Below, one piece after another: positions 38,026 to 46,968 of a stretch of 51,270 nt of DNA. The stretch spans positions 1-51,270 of the IMG/VR virus record IMGVR_UViG_3300028586_000751; one strand, 5' to 3'. Below the pieces are notes generated by a model. It saw only the letters and a program-made list of their open reading frames with translations, was not told the DNA's origin and did not search any database. Within the stretch, counting starts at the first letter, position 1; each line of letters begins with the position of its first letter. A program made the translations under genes and the position numbers. Source of the stretch: a virus (Duplodnaviria; Caudoviricetes).

Positions 38026-38655
38026 ATGAAACGCAAACTACGTCTCGCCCTGCGCGCCGGGCTCTGGGTTGGAACGTTATCCACATTCGGGATCGTCGCG
38101 GTTGAGTACATTCCACAGTTGCCAGGCTGGACGAACAAGATGCCGGAATGGGTGGGCGCGATTGGCGCGATCGGGGCCTTCGGTGGAACAATCGTGATTG
38201 CGAGCACCGAGAGCTGGCGCCGGCGCCGCGCAGAGAATGACTTGGCAATAATCGCCGGCGCGGAAATCATTGACAGACTCCGAGAGTATCTTGTTACTGT
38301 CGACATCTTATCCAGCATTTTCCTACCCGAGATCGAGCCGATGTCTCGCGAACTGCTGGATGGGTATAAGGGCAAGCTTCTAGAAGAGCAGATGTGGGGG
38401 CGGGACGAGATCATGCCATTAGTTGTGCTGCCGGATGAAGTCGCCCCGCGGCTCCAACGTGTGGCGGCTCGCCATCGTCGTTTGATCAAAAATATGGAGC
38501 TGCTGAAGTATGCGACTTGGCCTGCAAACGTCAGCCGTCTATATGCGTTGGTGCACGCCGATTTGCAAAAATCACGCGATGATTTGATCAGATGTAGGAA
38601 TGAGATCGAGCACACGTTGCGTGGTATGTACAAAGTCGACGATCACATGAGTTAG
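38026..38655 (+). CDS. counter-oriented membrane protein (moron)
   Basis: Two N-terminal TM segments, WVGAIGAIGA. Confidence 0.6.
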   Translation: MKRKLRLALRAGLWVGTLSTFGIVAVEYIPQLPGWTNKMPEWVGAIGAIGAFGGTIVIASTESWRRRRAENDLAIIAGAEIIDRLREYLVTVDILSSIFLPEIEPMSRELLDGYKGKLLEEQMWGRDEIMPLVVLPDEVAPRLQRVAARHRRLIKNMELLKYATWPANVSRLYALVHADLQKSRDDLIRCRNEIEHTLRGMYKVDDHMS

Positions 38656-38756
38656 AAACAGCGGTGCGCCCGAAGCGTTGTTACTTCGGGCGGGTTCGAT
38701 CAAGCTATTTCCGATGACTCTTGATCATCCGTAACCCTTGGATTTACGGGCCGTGT

Positions 38757-39800
38757 TCAAAGCTGCTCGCCACTTTCGCGCCGCATGAACCCAACATTTG
38801 CGCCGATTTGCTCTTGCGCACGCACGGCCAAGTCGAGGTTCTTCTCCAGGTAACCCATCGTCGTGACCGGGCTCTTGTGCCGCATGACGCGCTGGATCGT
38901 CTGCACCGGTACGCCCGCCTCGGACAGCAGCGTGGCGAACGTCCCGCGCAGGCGGTGGGGCGTGATGCCCTTGAGCGAGCAGGCCGTGTTTGCCTTTCTC
39001 ATCACCTGGCGCGCGAAACCGCTCTTGAATTCCTGTCCGTCCTGCTTGAGCACGATCAGGCCCTGGGCTTGGCGCTGCGGCGTCAGGTGCTCGACCAGCC
39101 AGGCCGGCATCGGCACCGGCTCCGCTTCCCTGCCCTTCGTGATACCCGGCGTGTACATCGCTCGCTGCCAGTCGACCCATTCCCAGCGCGCTGTCATGCA
39201 CTCGCTCTCGCGCAGGCCCAGGGCGAACATCAAACGCACCGCAGTGGCGATCGCCGGCGCGCGGCCGGCAGCGGCGTCGACGGCGTCGAACCAGGTCCTG
39301 GCCACGTCGAGCGGCAGGATCGCCCGGGGGCGCTTTTGCACCTTCAACATCGGCACACGCCATGGCGCCGCCACCAGGGTGCCGCGCTTGACGGCCCACA
39401 TGGTCAAGAGCTTCAGGATCCGCAGCCAGTGGTTCGAGCTGGCCGGTTTGTGGTCCTGAAGGTGCAGGTTGCGCGCCAGCTCGACATCGGCGGTGGTGAT
39501 GGCATCGATGCGGCGCTCGCCCAGGTCGTACATGTGCAGGCGCCGGAACTTATCCACACTGCGGATGTGCGCCGCGCTTGCCACCGGCCGGTTCACGACA
39601 ATCCACACTTCGATCAACTCATCGAGGGTCGGTACCGGCTGGCCGCCATTGGCGCGCACCACCGCGGCCTCGAACGCGCGCTGGGCCAGTTGCTCGGCGG
39701 AGCGTCGGTTGCGCAGCTTGGTGCTGCGCTGCACGCGCTGGCCGCCCACCTGGAAACGGTAGTGCCAGATGTCGCCCTGCTTGAAGACGTTCGCACTCAT
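38757..39800 (-). CDS. tyrosine recombinase/integrase
   Basis: GLRESE (R), HRLRGTFA (HxxR), MRHKS, TMGY (Y); ATGA-coupled to DnaB. Confidence 0.9.
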   Translation of the reverse strand: MSANVFKQGDIWHYRFQVGGQRVQRSTKLRNRRSAEQLAQRAFEAAVVRANGGQPVPTLDELIEVWIVVNRPVASAAHIRSVDKFRRLHMYDLGERRIDAITTADVELARNLHLQDHKPASSNHWLRILKLLTMWAVKRGTLVAAPWRVPMLKVQKRPRAILPLDVARTWFDAVDAAAGRAPAIATAVRLMFALGLRESECMTARWEWVDWQRAMYTPGITKGREAEPVPMPAWLVEHLTPQRQAQGLIVLKQDGQEFKSGFARQVMRKANTACSLKGITPHRLRGTFATLLSEAGVPVQTIQRVMRHKSPVTTMGYLEKNLDLAVRAQEQIGANVGFMRRESGEQL

Positions 39801-41161
39801 AAATGCGCTGCCAGGCCACGGTTCGAACGGCGTTCTTTCGATTCGCGCTTCGGCGGCACCCAGCCGCGTGCCAGGTTCTCGAAGCGGGTCTGCTCGCCGA
39901 TGTAGGCCAGCGCGGCCATGCCGGGCGCACCCTGCCGGCATAGCGCTACGTTCACCTCGCACACGCCAGGATCGTGGCTATCCGGGTTATAGACCTCGTC
40001 GCGATACAGGAAGATCACGGCGTCTGCATCCTGCTCGATGGCGCCGGAGTCGCGCAGGTCGGCCGGCATTGGGCGCTTGTTCGGCCGCTCTTCCAGCTTG
40101 CGGTTTAACTGCGACAGCAACACGACGCCGATACCGAGTTCCTTGGCCAGCGCCTTCAGGCCGCGCGTGATGCCCTCGATCTGCGTGTTTCGGTTGTCGC
40201 CATCGCCTTCCATCAGCTGCAGGTAGTCGACCACCAGTAGATCCAGGCCGTGCTTGCGCTTGACCGCCTTGGCCTTCATGCGCACGTCCAGCAGGCGCTG
40301 GCCGCCTTGGTCATCGACGAACAGCTTCATCGCCTCGATCTTCATCACCGCATGCGTCAGGCCCGCCCAGTCGGTTTCGGTCATAAGCGCCGGCTGCAAC
40401 AGGTGCGGTAGCGGGATCCGGCCCAGAGCCGCGATGTTCCGGTCGTGCAGCTGCGCCTTCGGCATTTCCATCGATAGCACCAGCACGCTCAGCTGCTGGT
40501 CGGCCACATTGCAGGCCACATTCAGCGCAAAGCCAGTCTTGCCCATCTTCGGGCGCGCTGCCAGCACGATCAGCTCACCTGGGCGGATGCCGCCGCTCAG
40601 GCGCGCATCGACGTCCGGGAAGCCGGTGCTGATCGCGCGGGCTGAGCCGTCCATCCGGCGCTCGATCTCCGCGACGTGGCCGGCCAGCTCGTCTGCCGCA
40701 CGCACCGGCTCGATCCTTGTGCGCGCCTGGGCCAGCTGCTCGAGCAACGACGAGGCCTGGTCGACCAATGCCGTCGATTCAGCCGGCGACGTGGCGGCCG
40801 ACTCGGCCACGTCGCGGCCGAACTTGATCAGCCCGCGCTTGATGGCCTTGTCTCGCACGATGGCGGCGTAGCGACCAATGTTCGCTGCCGACGGCGTGCT
40901 CTGCGCCATCTCGTTCAGGTACGGCATGCAGTTGCCCACCGTAGTGCGAAGTACGTCGCCCATCGACACGACGTCGCAGCTGCGGCCGGCCACCAGGTTG
41001 CGCATCAGCTCGCGGAAGATCACGGCGTGGTCCGACAGGTAGAAGTGCTCGGCGCGCAGGTCGCCGATGCGATCGACGGCGTCGTTGTCACGCAGCAGGC
41101 CGCCGATGACGCTCTGCTCGGCCTCGAGGTTGTGTGGTGGCGGTTTGATGTCATTGCTCAT
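39797..41161 (-). CDS. dnaB: replicative DNA helicase
   Basis: EAEQSVIG, ARPKMGKT, VDYLQL, LSQLNR, DLRDSGAIEQDAD. Confidence 0.95.
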   Translation of the reverse strand: MSNDIKPPPHNLEAEQSVIGGLLRDNDAVDRIGDLRAEHFYLSDHAVIFRELMRNLVAGRSCDVVSMGDVLRTTVGNCMPYLNEMAQSTPSAANIGRYAAIVRDKAIKRGLIKFGRDVAESAATSPAESTALVDQASSLLEQLAQARTRIEPVRAADELAGHVAEIERRMDGSARAISTGFPDVDARLSGGIRPGELIVLAARPKMGKTGFALNVACNVADQQLSVLVLSMEMPKAQLHDRNIAALGRIPLPHLLQPALMTETDWAGLTHAVMKIEAMKLFVDDQGGQRLLDVRMKAKAVKRKHGLDLLVVDYLQLMEGDGDNRNTQIEGITRGLKALAKELGIGVVLLSQLNRKLEERPNKRPMPADLRDSGAIEQDADAVIFLYRDEVYNPDSHDPGVCEVNVALCRQGAPGMAALAYIGEQTRFENLARGWVPPKRESKERRSNRGLAAHL

Positions 41162-42144
41162 GCAGCTTCCTTCGATTCGTAGATTTTCTGGGCGGCCTTG
41201 CCCTGCGTGGTCAGGAACCACTGCTCATCCGGGCCGATCGCCCACAGCTTCAGGTAGTTGCCTTCGACGTACTTGCGGAAGGCCTGGCGCCAGTCCTTGT
41301 AGCGCTTTGCCTCCCCCGTACCGCCCGGCAGGAAGCGGCGCCGGAACTCGATCCAGGCCAGCGCGATAAAGTCCTGCGACAGGCCGGCGCCCTTGGCGTA
41401 GTTCCACAGCGGCGCATAGTCGCGCAGCGGGCGTTCGCCGCGCTCCTCGCAGCCAGCAAGGAACGTATGCAGCGCGATCGCACCAGCTTTTCGTTCCGTC
41501 CGCACAAGGCCCCCGTCAGGGGGTTTGGGGGAAGTTGTTAACTCTCCCTGTCCTTCTCCTTCTCCCTTAAGAGAGTTTTCCACTGGATTTCCAGCAGATG
41601 GGTTGGATGTGTTCTTTGCTTCGGGCTGTTTTTCCGCTGGAATTCCACTGGCTTCCGCTGGAATGCCGGAAGAAAGTACGCTCGGTTCCGGCGGAAGCGG
41701 CAGTAGCTCTACGCCGTCCAGCGCACGCTGTTTGTTGGCTTTCCGTATGCGGTCGCACTCCTTCCGCCACTGGTGGACCAGCTTCGCGCGCCAGCTTTCC
41801 AGCGCTTTCTCAGCGACCACCGGGTGATATAAGCGGCCGTCGGCACACTTGACCCAGCCATGCAGCGCGCCGCTACGCACGTTCTCCCATTCCTTGACGA
41901 CACGGCCATAGCCGGCCGCCTTCGCGAGAAACCGATCGTCGTCAGGCAATGACGCTGCAGGGACCTGGTGCCACGCTGCGGCCCACAGGAGGACTGCGGC
42001 CCAGCACGCCTCGGGCGATTCGTACGCGGCCATGTCGCTGTCACGCAAGCGCGCGACGTCGAGCGGCATGAATGCGAAGTCGCGCAAGTCGCATCCTGGT
42101 GGTGTGAGCGGTGTGGGGAGCTTGATCTCGTCCTCGCTATTCAT
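41158..42144 (-). CDS. replication initiator (DUF1376/YdaU-like)
   Basis: FMPLDV.RL..S, SLPDDD..LA, DGRLYHPV; C-terminal KDWRQAF. Confidence 0.8.
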   Translation of the reverse strand: MNSEDEIKLPTPLTPPGCDLRDFAFMPLDVARLRDSDMAAYESPEACWAAVLLWAAAWHQVPAASLPDDDRFLAKAAGYGRVVKEWENVRSGALHGWVKCADGRLYHPVVAEKALESWRAKLVHQWRKECDRIRKANKQRALDGVELLPLPPEPSVLSSGIPAEASGIPAEKQPEAKNTSNPSAGNPVENSLKGEGEGQGELTTSPKPPDGGLVRTERKAGAIALHTFLAGCEERGERPLRDYAPLWNYAKGAGLSQDFIALAWIEFRRRFLPGGTGEAKRYKDWRQAFRKYVEGNYLKLWAIGPDEQWFLTTQGKAAQKIYESKEAA

Positions 42145-42542
42145 ACGCCCGCCTGACGGCCGGCGCCGAACAACGCGGCCACGAGCGGATCACGTCGGCA
42201 GAACTTTGGCCAGGTGCGCACGATGGCCTGGAACGGCACGATCACGCGTTGCCGATCGCGCGGCAGCTCCTGACCCAGCGCGATCTGGGGCGCGATCTGG
42301 GCACCGGGTGCGGCGCCGTAGCGCCATTGCTGGCACAGGCCGTGGGAGTGTTCGCGGGGAATGCTCAATCGATGCACGCGTTGCTCGCGCTCGAGCTGCT
42401 CGAGGCGCACGCGGATCGCTGCGGCGGTATATCCGAACTCGCCCACTAGCTGGTCGACGCGACGAGGCCCTGCTTCGATGAATTGCTCAAGGGCTGACAG
42501 CAGCTGCCCGATCGGTACTTTACGTTTGGCGGGGCCGATCAT
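42141..42542 (-). CDS. wHTH hypothetical protein
   Basis: ATGA-coupled; RRDPLVAALFG tail. Confidence 0.6.
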   Translation of the reverse strand: MIGPAKRKVPIGQLLSALEQFIEAGPRRVDQLVGEFGYTAAAIRVRLEQLEREQRVHRLSIPREHSHGLCQQWRYGAAPGAQIAPQIALGQELPRDRQRVIVPFQAIVRTWPKFCRRDPLVAALFGAGRQAGV

Positions 42543-42751
42543 GGTGCGGTGGCCCCGTAAATAAGGCCAAGGAAGCATGAAAATCCGTCCTTTCCTTGCG
42601 CCACTTCCTCTTGTCGCCAACGCCATCCAGCCTGCCAGTCTGCTGTTGCAGGCGCCGTGGGGTTCATATCGTGTTCATCCACGGCTAGCCCCCTGTCAAA
42701 GCCAGCAGCGCCGCGGCCGATCATCATCGTGCGAGAAACGATCTGATCCAT
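42539..42751 (-). CDS. hypothetical protein
   Basis: MDQIVSR...; coupled. Confidence 0.55.
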   Translation of the reverse strand: MDQIVSRTMMIGRGAAGFDRGLAVDEHDMNPTAPATADWQAGWRWRQEEVAQGKDGFSCFLGLIYGATAP

Positions 42752-42927
42752 TAGCGGCCTCCCTGGGTGTCGATCGCCTCGCGCAGCTTCTGGCGTGCTT
42801 GGTACTCGGCCCGGCGCGTGATGTCGCTGCGGTTCGCTACCGCGTCCTTGTCGCAAGCGCGCCACCTCCGCGCCTGGTGCGCGATCTTTTCGTCCGGCGT
42901 CGCTTTCCGGTTTTCGTTGTCTTGCAT
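42751..42927 (-). CDS. hypothetical protein
   Basis: MQDNENR...; AGGA RBS. Confidence 0.5.
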   Translation of the reverse strand: MQDNENRKATPDEKIAHQARRWRACDKDAVANRSDITRRAEYQARQKLREAIDTQGGR

Positions 42928-42986
42928 GAGGTTCTTCCTGTCAATCTGATGTGGCCCAGGCGTGGGCGCGGGGTTTGAAATCGCCT

Positions 42987-43268
42987 TTAAAGACGACGGT
43001 GAAAGCCGCCCGCTGCGACGGCGCGGCCGGGGAATCGTTGAACATGGCCATGACGTGGCCATTCGCCCCGGCGCCGGGCCGGCGTAGGATTCGCTGCTGG
43101 GGTTGCCGCTGCGCGAATATGCGCGAAGGCGGCCTGGCGGACGAACGGCGCCACGTGTTGGCCGATGCTGGCGCAGAACTGGCGCAGGGCCTGGTCCTCG
43201 GTTTCGTTGAGCGGCACCTTCAGCGTGTTCTCACGCTTTGGGTTCGGTTTATGGGTTGGGTACGTCAT
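42987..43268 (-). CDS. CII-position ribbon-helix-helix-like regulator
   Basis: LKVPLNETEDQAL...APFVR; AAGGAG RBS; downstream of cro. Confidence 0.55.
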   Translation of the reverse strand: MTYPTHKPNPKRENTLKVPLNETEDQALRQFCASIGQHVAPFVRQAAFAHIRAAATPAANPTPARRRGEWPRHGHVQRFPGRAVAAGGFHRRL

Positions 43269-43360
43269 GGTTTCTCCTTTTGATGCGGTGATTCAGGGGG
43301 TGGGTGAGCAGCAGGCAAGGGCCCCAGAGCCACTTGGCGGCCACAAAAAAGCCGCAGCGG

Positions 43361-43609
43361 TTACCGCGGTTGGGTATCGACGTGATGCTTTTTGACTAAT
43401 TCTGGCCAGTACCGCTCCCAGTCGTCTGGAAACATCTCCTTGCGCGTCACTAGGCCACCGGTTGCAGCTTCGATAGCGGCGCCGTGCACGAAAGGTATCG
43501 GTCTAGTGCCATCGGCCCAACGGCTGATATCAGGCGCATGCGCGCCAATAGCGCGGGCCAGTGATGCTTGGCGCCCACGCTCCTGAATGAGGTACTGGGA
43601 AAGGTTCAT
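43361..43609 (-). CDS. Cro/YdaS-family repressor
   Basis: QASLARAIG....ISRW, IEAATGG.VTR, WPEL. Confidence 0.85.
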   Translation of the reverse strand: MNLSQYLIQERGRQASLARAIGAHAPDISRWADGTRPIPFVHGAAIEAATGGLVTRKEMFPDDWERYWPELVKKHHVDTQPR

Positions 43610-43615
43610 GACGGC

Positions 43616-43696
43616 AGGTTAGCCTAAGGCTAATCAATCTGCAAGGGAAATGTTAGCTTTTGGCGAATTTACTATTTTAGCCATCGGCTAAATAAT
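43616..43696. promoter_or_regulatory. OR region: three operators, pR and pRM
   Basis: TTAGCCTAAGGCTAA 43619-33, TTAGCTTTTGGCGAA 43653-67, TTAGCCATCGGCTAA 43677-91; pR TTGCAG-17-TAACCT (minus); pRM TTTACT-17-AATAAT (plus). Confidence 0.8.
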
Positions 43697-43702
43697 GCAC
43701 AG

Positions 43703-44404
43703 ATGAACACTATTGAAACCATCCATCGAGAAAATCTGCAGGCTCTGGCGCGCGAGTATGGAGGTGTCGCTTCAGTGGCAGCAAAGATCGGCTGCAGCTC
43801 ATCTCAGTACAGTCAGTGGATGAACGGATCACAGAATTCGGGCACTGGCAAGCCGCGTGGCATGCGCGCCAGCTCGGCGCGACGCATAGAGAAAGCGACA
43901 GGCAAGCCCGTTGGCTGGATGGACAAAGCGCATCCCACAGCAGATGCGCCTCAGATTTTTGATCAGAACGTGAGACCGGCCTCCGTTGGCGCGCGGCCGA
44001 TACCGGTGATCTCATCTGTACAGGCCGGAGCATTGAGGGATATGGAAGCCCCATATTCGCCTGGTGCTGGGTATGCATACGAATACACCGACCAAGACCT
44101 TTCCGAGTGGGCTTTCGCGCTGGATATCGAGGGTCTTTCGATGATGCCGGAATTTCGACCTGGCGATCGGATCATAGTCGACCCCGAAATATCTCCGAAC
44201 CCAGGTGATTTTGTCGTCGCTCGCAACGGGACCGACCAGGCCACCTTCAAGAAGTATCGCCCGCGCGGAATTGATGCGAGCGGCAACATGGTCTTCGAAC
44301 TGGTGCCGCTGAACGACGACTACGCAACACTTCGCAGTGACACAGAACATTTAACTGTGATCGGCGTGATGACCGAGCATCGAAAGAAGTATCGAAGGAC
44401 TTGA
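43703..44404 (+). CDS. CI repressor with S24 autopeptidase
   Basis: HTH, VQAG cleavage site, GLSM (Ser), TFKK (Lys). Confidence 0.93.
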   Translation: MNTIETIHRENLQALAREYGGVASVAAKIGCSSSQYSQWMNGSQNSGTGKPRGMRASSARRIEKATGKPVGWMDKAHPTADAPQIFDQNVRPASVGARPIPVISSVQAGALRDMEAPYSPGAGYAYEYTDQDLSEWAFALDIEGLSMMPEFRPGDRIIVDPEISPNPGDFVVARNGTDQATFKKYRPRGIDASGNMVFELVPLNDDYATLRSDTEHLTVIGVMTEHRKKYRRT

Positions 44405-44423
44405 GGCGCAACGGCACGCCTGG

Positions 44424-45326
44424 ATGCCGATCGAAATGGACCTGCTTATGATCGAAGAATCAGTCGATAACACTCCAATATTTTTTAGAACTGTTGAGGA
44501 GTTCTGTCGACGGCCGAAATATCAGCTTAGGCTTCAATGCACAAGTGATAGTTTGGATAGGATTATCGGGAAATACGAGCGACCAAAGGACAATCAGATT
44601 CAATGCGGACTCAACGGCTGCACGAAGGAGCACATGTTTGGGTATGTGATTCGCGCAAAGGATGGCACTGAAACGAATTGCGGCCAAGTGTGCGGTAGGC
44701 GCGAGTTCGGCGTGAAATTTGAGGAAGTCGAGGCCCTATATAAAAAGGCCGAAGATGCACAGCTACGTAAGCGTCTACTGACGGAACTGGCAGAGAACCG
44801 AACAACCCTCCTGCTACAGGGTGAGGACGTCCACGGTCGCGTCAAAGAGTGCAGCGAACGCATTTCGAAGGTGGTCACAGAGGTCGAAAAGGACTTTGCT
44901 CTCAGCAGCGCCTTTCGTTCTTGCATCCGCAGCGGGGGAAAGATCCGGGTCGAAAATAAAGTTGATGAAGCGCTGCGACGCGCAAAGGCAGACCTTATAA
45001 CGATTGGGGAAATTCAAGGAAGTACGGCTCTTATTAACTATGAAGAACTTCCCAAGACGATTTACTATAAATTTCTTTTGCCTTTACGAGAACTTGACAT
45101 CGCGCACCTAGACAATCTTGAAAATAATGAACTGGAGAAGAAAACCCGCGAAGTGAAAGATCTATCTTCGATTCTGGCTAACGCACGAGATTTTCTTATC
45201 GATGCAGAAAAATTCACAGAGCCGGAAAACTTGCGAGAATTTTCAAAGCTGAAGGAACTAATGCCTACGAAATCCAAGACAGGTCGAGTAGATAGGATTC
45301 TATCGCGGCTGCCGGGAGTTTCTTAG
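44424..45326 (+). CDS. low-GC hypothetical protein with putative Zn-binding N-terminus
   Basis: CGLNGC..H and NCGQVCG; directly after cI. Confidence 0.7.
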   Translation: MPIEMDLLMIEESVDNTPIFFRTVEEFCRRPKYQLRLQCTSDSLDRIIGKYERPKDNQIQCGLNGCTKEHMFGYVIRAKDGTETNCGQVCGRREFGVKFEEVEALYKKAEDAQLRKRLLTELAENRTTLLLQGEDVHGRVKECSERISKVVTEVEKDFALSSAFRSCIRSGGKIRVENKVDEALRRAKADLITIGEIQGSTALINYEELPKTIYYKFLLPLRELDIAHLDNLENNELEKKTREVKDLSSILANARDFLIDAEKFTEPENLREFSKLKELMPTKSKTGRVDRILSRLPGVS

Positions 45327-45599
45327 AGCGTTCACGCCATCCTGATCGAGGCCCAGTGCAGACACGATCTGTCCACCCGGAACGAGGCGCTCAGCCTCTA
45401 CATTTGCAGCTAAAACGTCGCGCGCCCATGCTATCGCCTTGACGGCGTGTGATCGGCAGTGTTCAGCTGATCCGAACGTAAATCCATCGACGTTCACCAT
45501 AATGCGCCCAGAAAATTCGTCTTTGGAAATCGTAACAGTGCCGATCTCCGTCATATCACTGTAGTCGGCTTGGCCGGCTTCCAGCACTGTCTTCTGCAT
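45300..45599 (-). CDS. hypothetical protein
   Basis: MQKTVLEA... with GGAGG upstream. Confidence 0.45.
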   Translation of the reverse strand: MQKTVLEAGQADYSDMTEIGTVTISKDEFSGRIMVNVDGFTFGSAEHCRSHAVKAIAWARDVLAANVEAERLVPGGQIVSALGLDQDGVNALRNSRQPR

Positions 45600-45612
45600 C
45601 CCCACCCTCCAC

Positions 45613-45635
45613 GCCCCGCCCGCCGGGGCTTTTTT
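45613..45635 (+). terminator. immunity-region terminator
   Basis: GCCCCG/CGGGGC stem + TTTTTT. Confidence 0.55.
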
Positions 45636-45677
45636 ACGCGCGGACAACCCGGCGCTGGTGAATGATATATCAGACGA

Positions 45678-45730
45678 TTAGCTTAAGGCTAAAAATAAAT
45701 CTTGTGTCGTTGTTAGCTTTAGGCTAAAGT
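45678..45730 (+). promoter_or_regulatory. OL operators and pL
   Basis: TTAGCTTAAGGCTAA 45678-92 and TTAGCTTTAGGCTAA 45713-27; TTGTGT-17-TAAAGT at 45702-45730. Confidence 0.8.
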
Positions 45731-45783
45731 GGCTTCATCGCAAACTAGCTCAGAACCCGCTGAGCTGCCGACTGGAGACCAGC

Positions 45784-45933
45784 ATGAAGCCGTTTCTCAT
45801 CACCGCCCGTACCTCGACCTGCTGCCTGACCTTCAGCGCCCTGGCGCGCAGCAGCGCCGAAGCGGCCGAGTTGACCGCCGCCCTTCTGGGTGACCAGCCT
45901 TGCGGGATCACCGTCGTTGCTGGGGTCCGCTGA
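45784..45933 (+). CDS. small early protein
   Basis: GGAG RBS, MKPFLITART...; 49 aa. Confidence 0.55.
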   Translation: MKPFLITARTSTCCLTFSALARSSAEAAELTAALLGDQPCGITVVAGVR

Positions 45934-46139
45934 TGGCCAGCGCCAAAGACATGCGCGGTGCTGTCAGCCGCGCAGTAGACAAAGCGATCCACGCCTATCC
46001 AGAAGATAAAGCGATGCAGGCCCGGATGTTCGCAGCCTATCTCTGCGGCACGCTGGCCGCTATGGAAGAGCGTGCTCTCGAGGATGATCTGAACCGCCTG
46101 CTCGGTTTGTCGCCCACTTGTTCGACCGACGGTGCCTGA
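45933..46139 (+). CDS. small early protein
   Basis: TGATG-coupled MASAKD... Confidence 0.5.
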   Translation: MASAKDMRGAVSRAVDKAIHAYPEDKAMQARMFAAYLCGTLAAMEERALEDDLNRLLGLSPTCSTDGA

Positions 46140-46329
46140 AATGGTGCACGCCGAACCTGATCGCGCCGCGCTCGAGGTGGCCCACCGCATGCTTCGCACG
46201 CCCGCCTCGCTCGACGACATGCTCGCGCACCCAACGTTCAGGCTGGTCCTGAAGATCCTGGCGTGCCGGCACATGGCGCGGCGCGACCAGGTCGATGTGA
46301 AGAAGCTGCAGGCCAACGACCACGATTAA
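46132..46329 (+). CDS. small early protein
   Basis: D.KKLQAND C-terminus; overlaps previous ORF. Confidence 0.55.
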   Translation: MPEMVHAEPDRAALEVAHRMLRTPASLDDMLAHPTFRLVLKILACRHMARRDQVDVKKLQANDHD

Positions 46330-46364
46330 CCCGCCCTTCTGGGCACAACCACAAGGAAACGCCA

Positions 46365-46958
46365 ATGTTCACCAATCTGCATGAGCTCGCGAAGAAGGCG
46401 ACGCTGATGATCACCATCGCGCCCGAGGGCGCCGACCAGCTGCGCGTCAACATCACTGCGGCACCATTCGACACGAAGGCGAAAGCCAGCGTGCCGCAGC
46501 CGCTGTCGCTCGTCGCCACGCCGGCCGAGTTCGATGCCGACTTCATCGCCGCCCTGGCCACCTGGCAGGCGCCAAAACGCACGCTGCTGCAGCAGGCCCA
46601 GGATGCAGCCGGTGCGTTGGGCCTGCCGGCCGGCACCAGCGAGCCGCCGAAGGCGCTGCCAGCGCCTGAAAAGGCAAAGCCGGGCCGAAAGGCGCGCGGC
46701 GCGAAGGCTCCAGCCGACGCCCCATCTGGTGACGATGATGATGCGGGCGGTGCTGATGACACGGCGGCCGGCGAAGCCAGCGCTGGCGGGGACCAGACCG
46801 GCGCACCAGCTGCTGCGGGCGACACCAGCCAGGGCGATGCCCCGTCGCCGGCGGCGAGCGGCGAGCAGCAAGACGCACCCGTCGACCAGTCCGCGCAGTC
46901 CACCTCGGGCGCCGCCGGCGACGCCGTGGTCGACACGCACACCCTCGACCTCTTCTAA
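46365..46958 (+). CDS. PRTRC system protein E
   Basis: MF..L......L.I...LRV...PLSL.ATP.EFD..F then a low-complexity tail; AAGGA RBS. Confidence 0.85.
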   Translation: MFTNLHELAKKATLMITIAPEGADQLRVNITAAPFDTKAKASVPQPLSLVATPAEFDADFIAALATWQAPKRTLLQQAQDAAGALGLPAGTSEPPKALPAPEKAKPGRKARGAKAPADAPSGDDDDAGGADDTAAGEASAGGDQTGAPAAAGDTSQGDAPSPAASGEQQDAPVDQSAQSTSGAAGDAVVDTHTLDLF

Positions 46959-46968
46959 CGGAGCCCCC

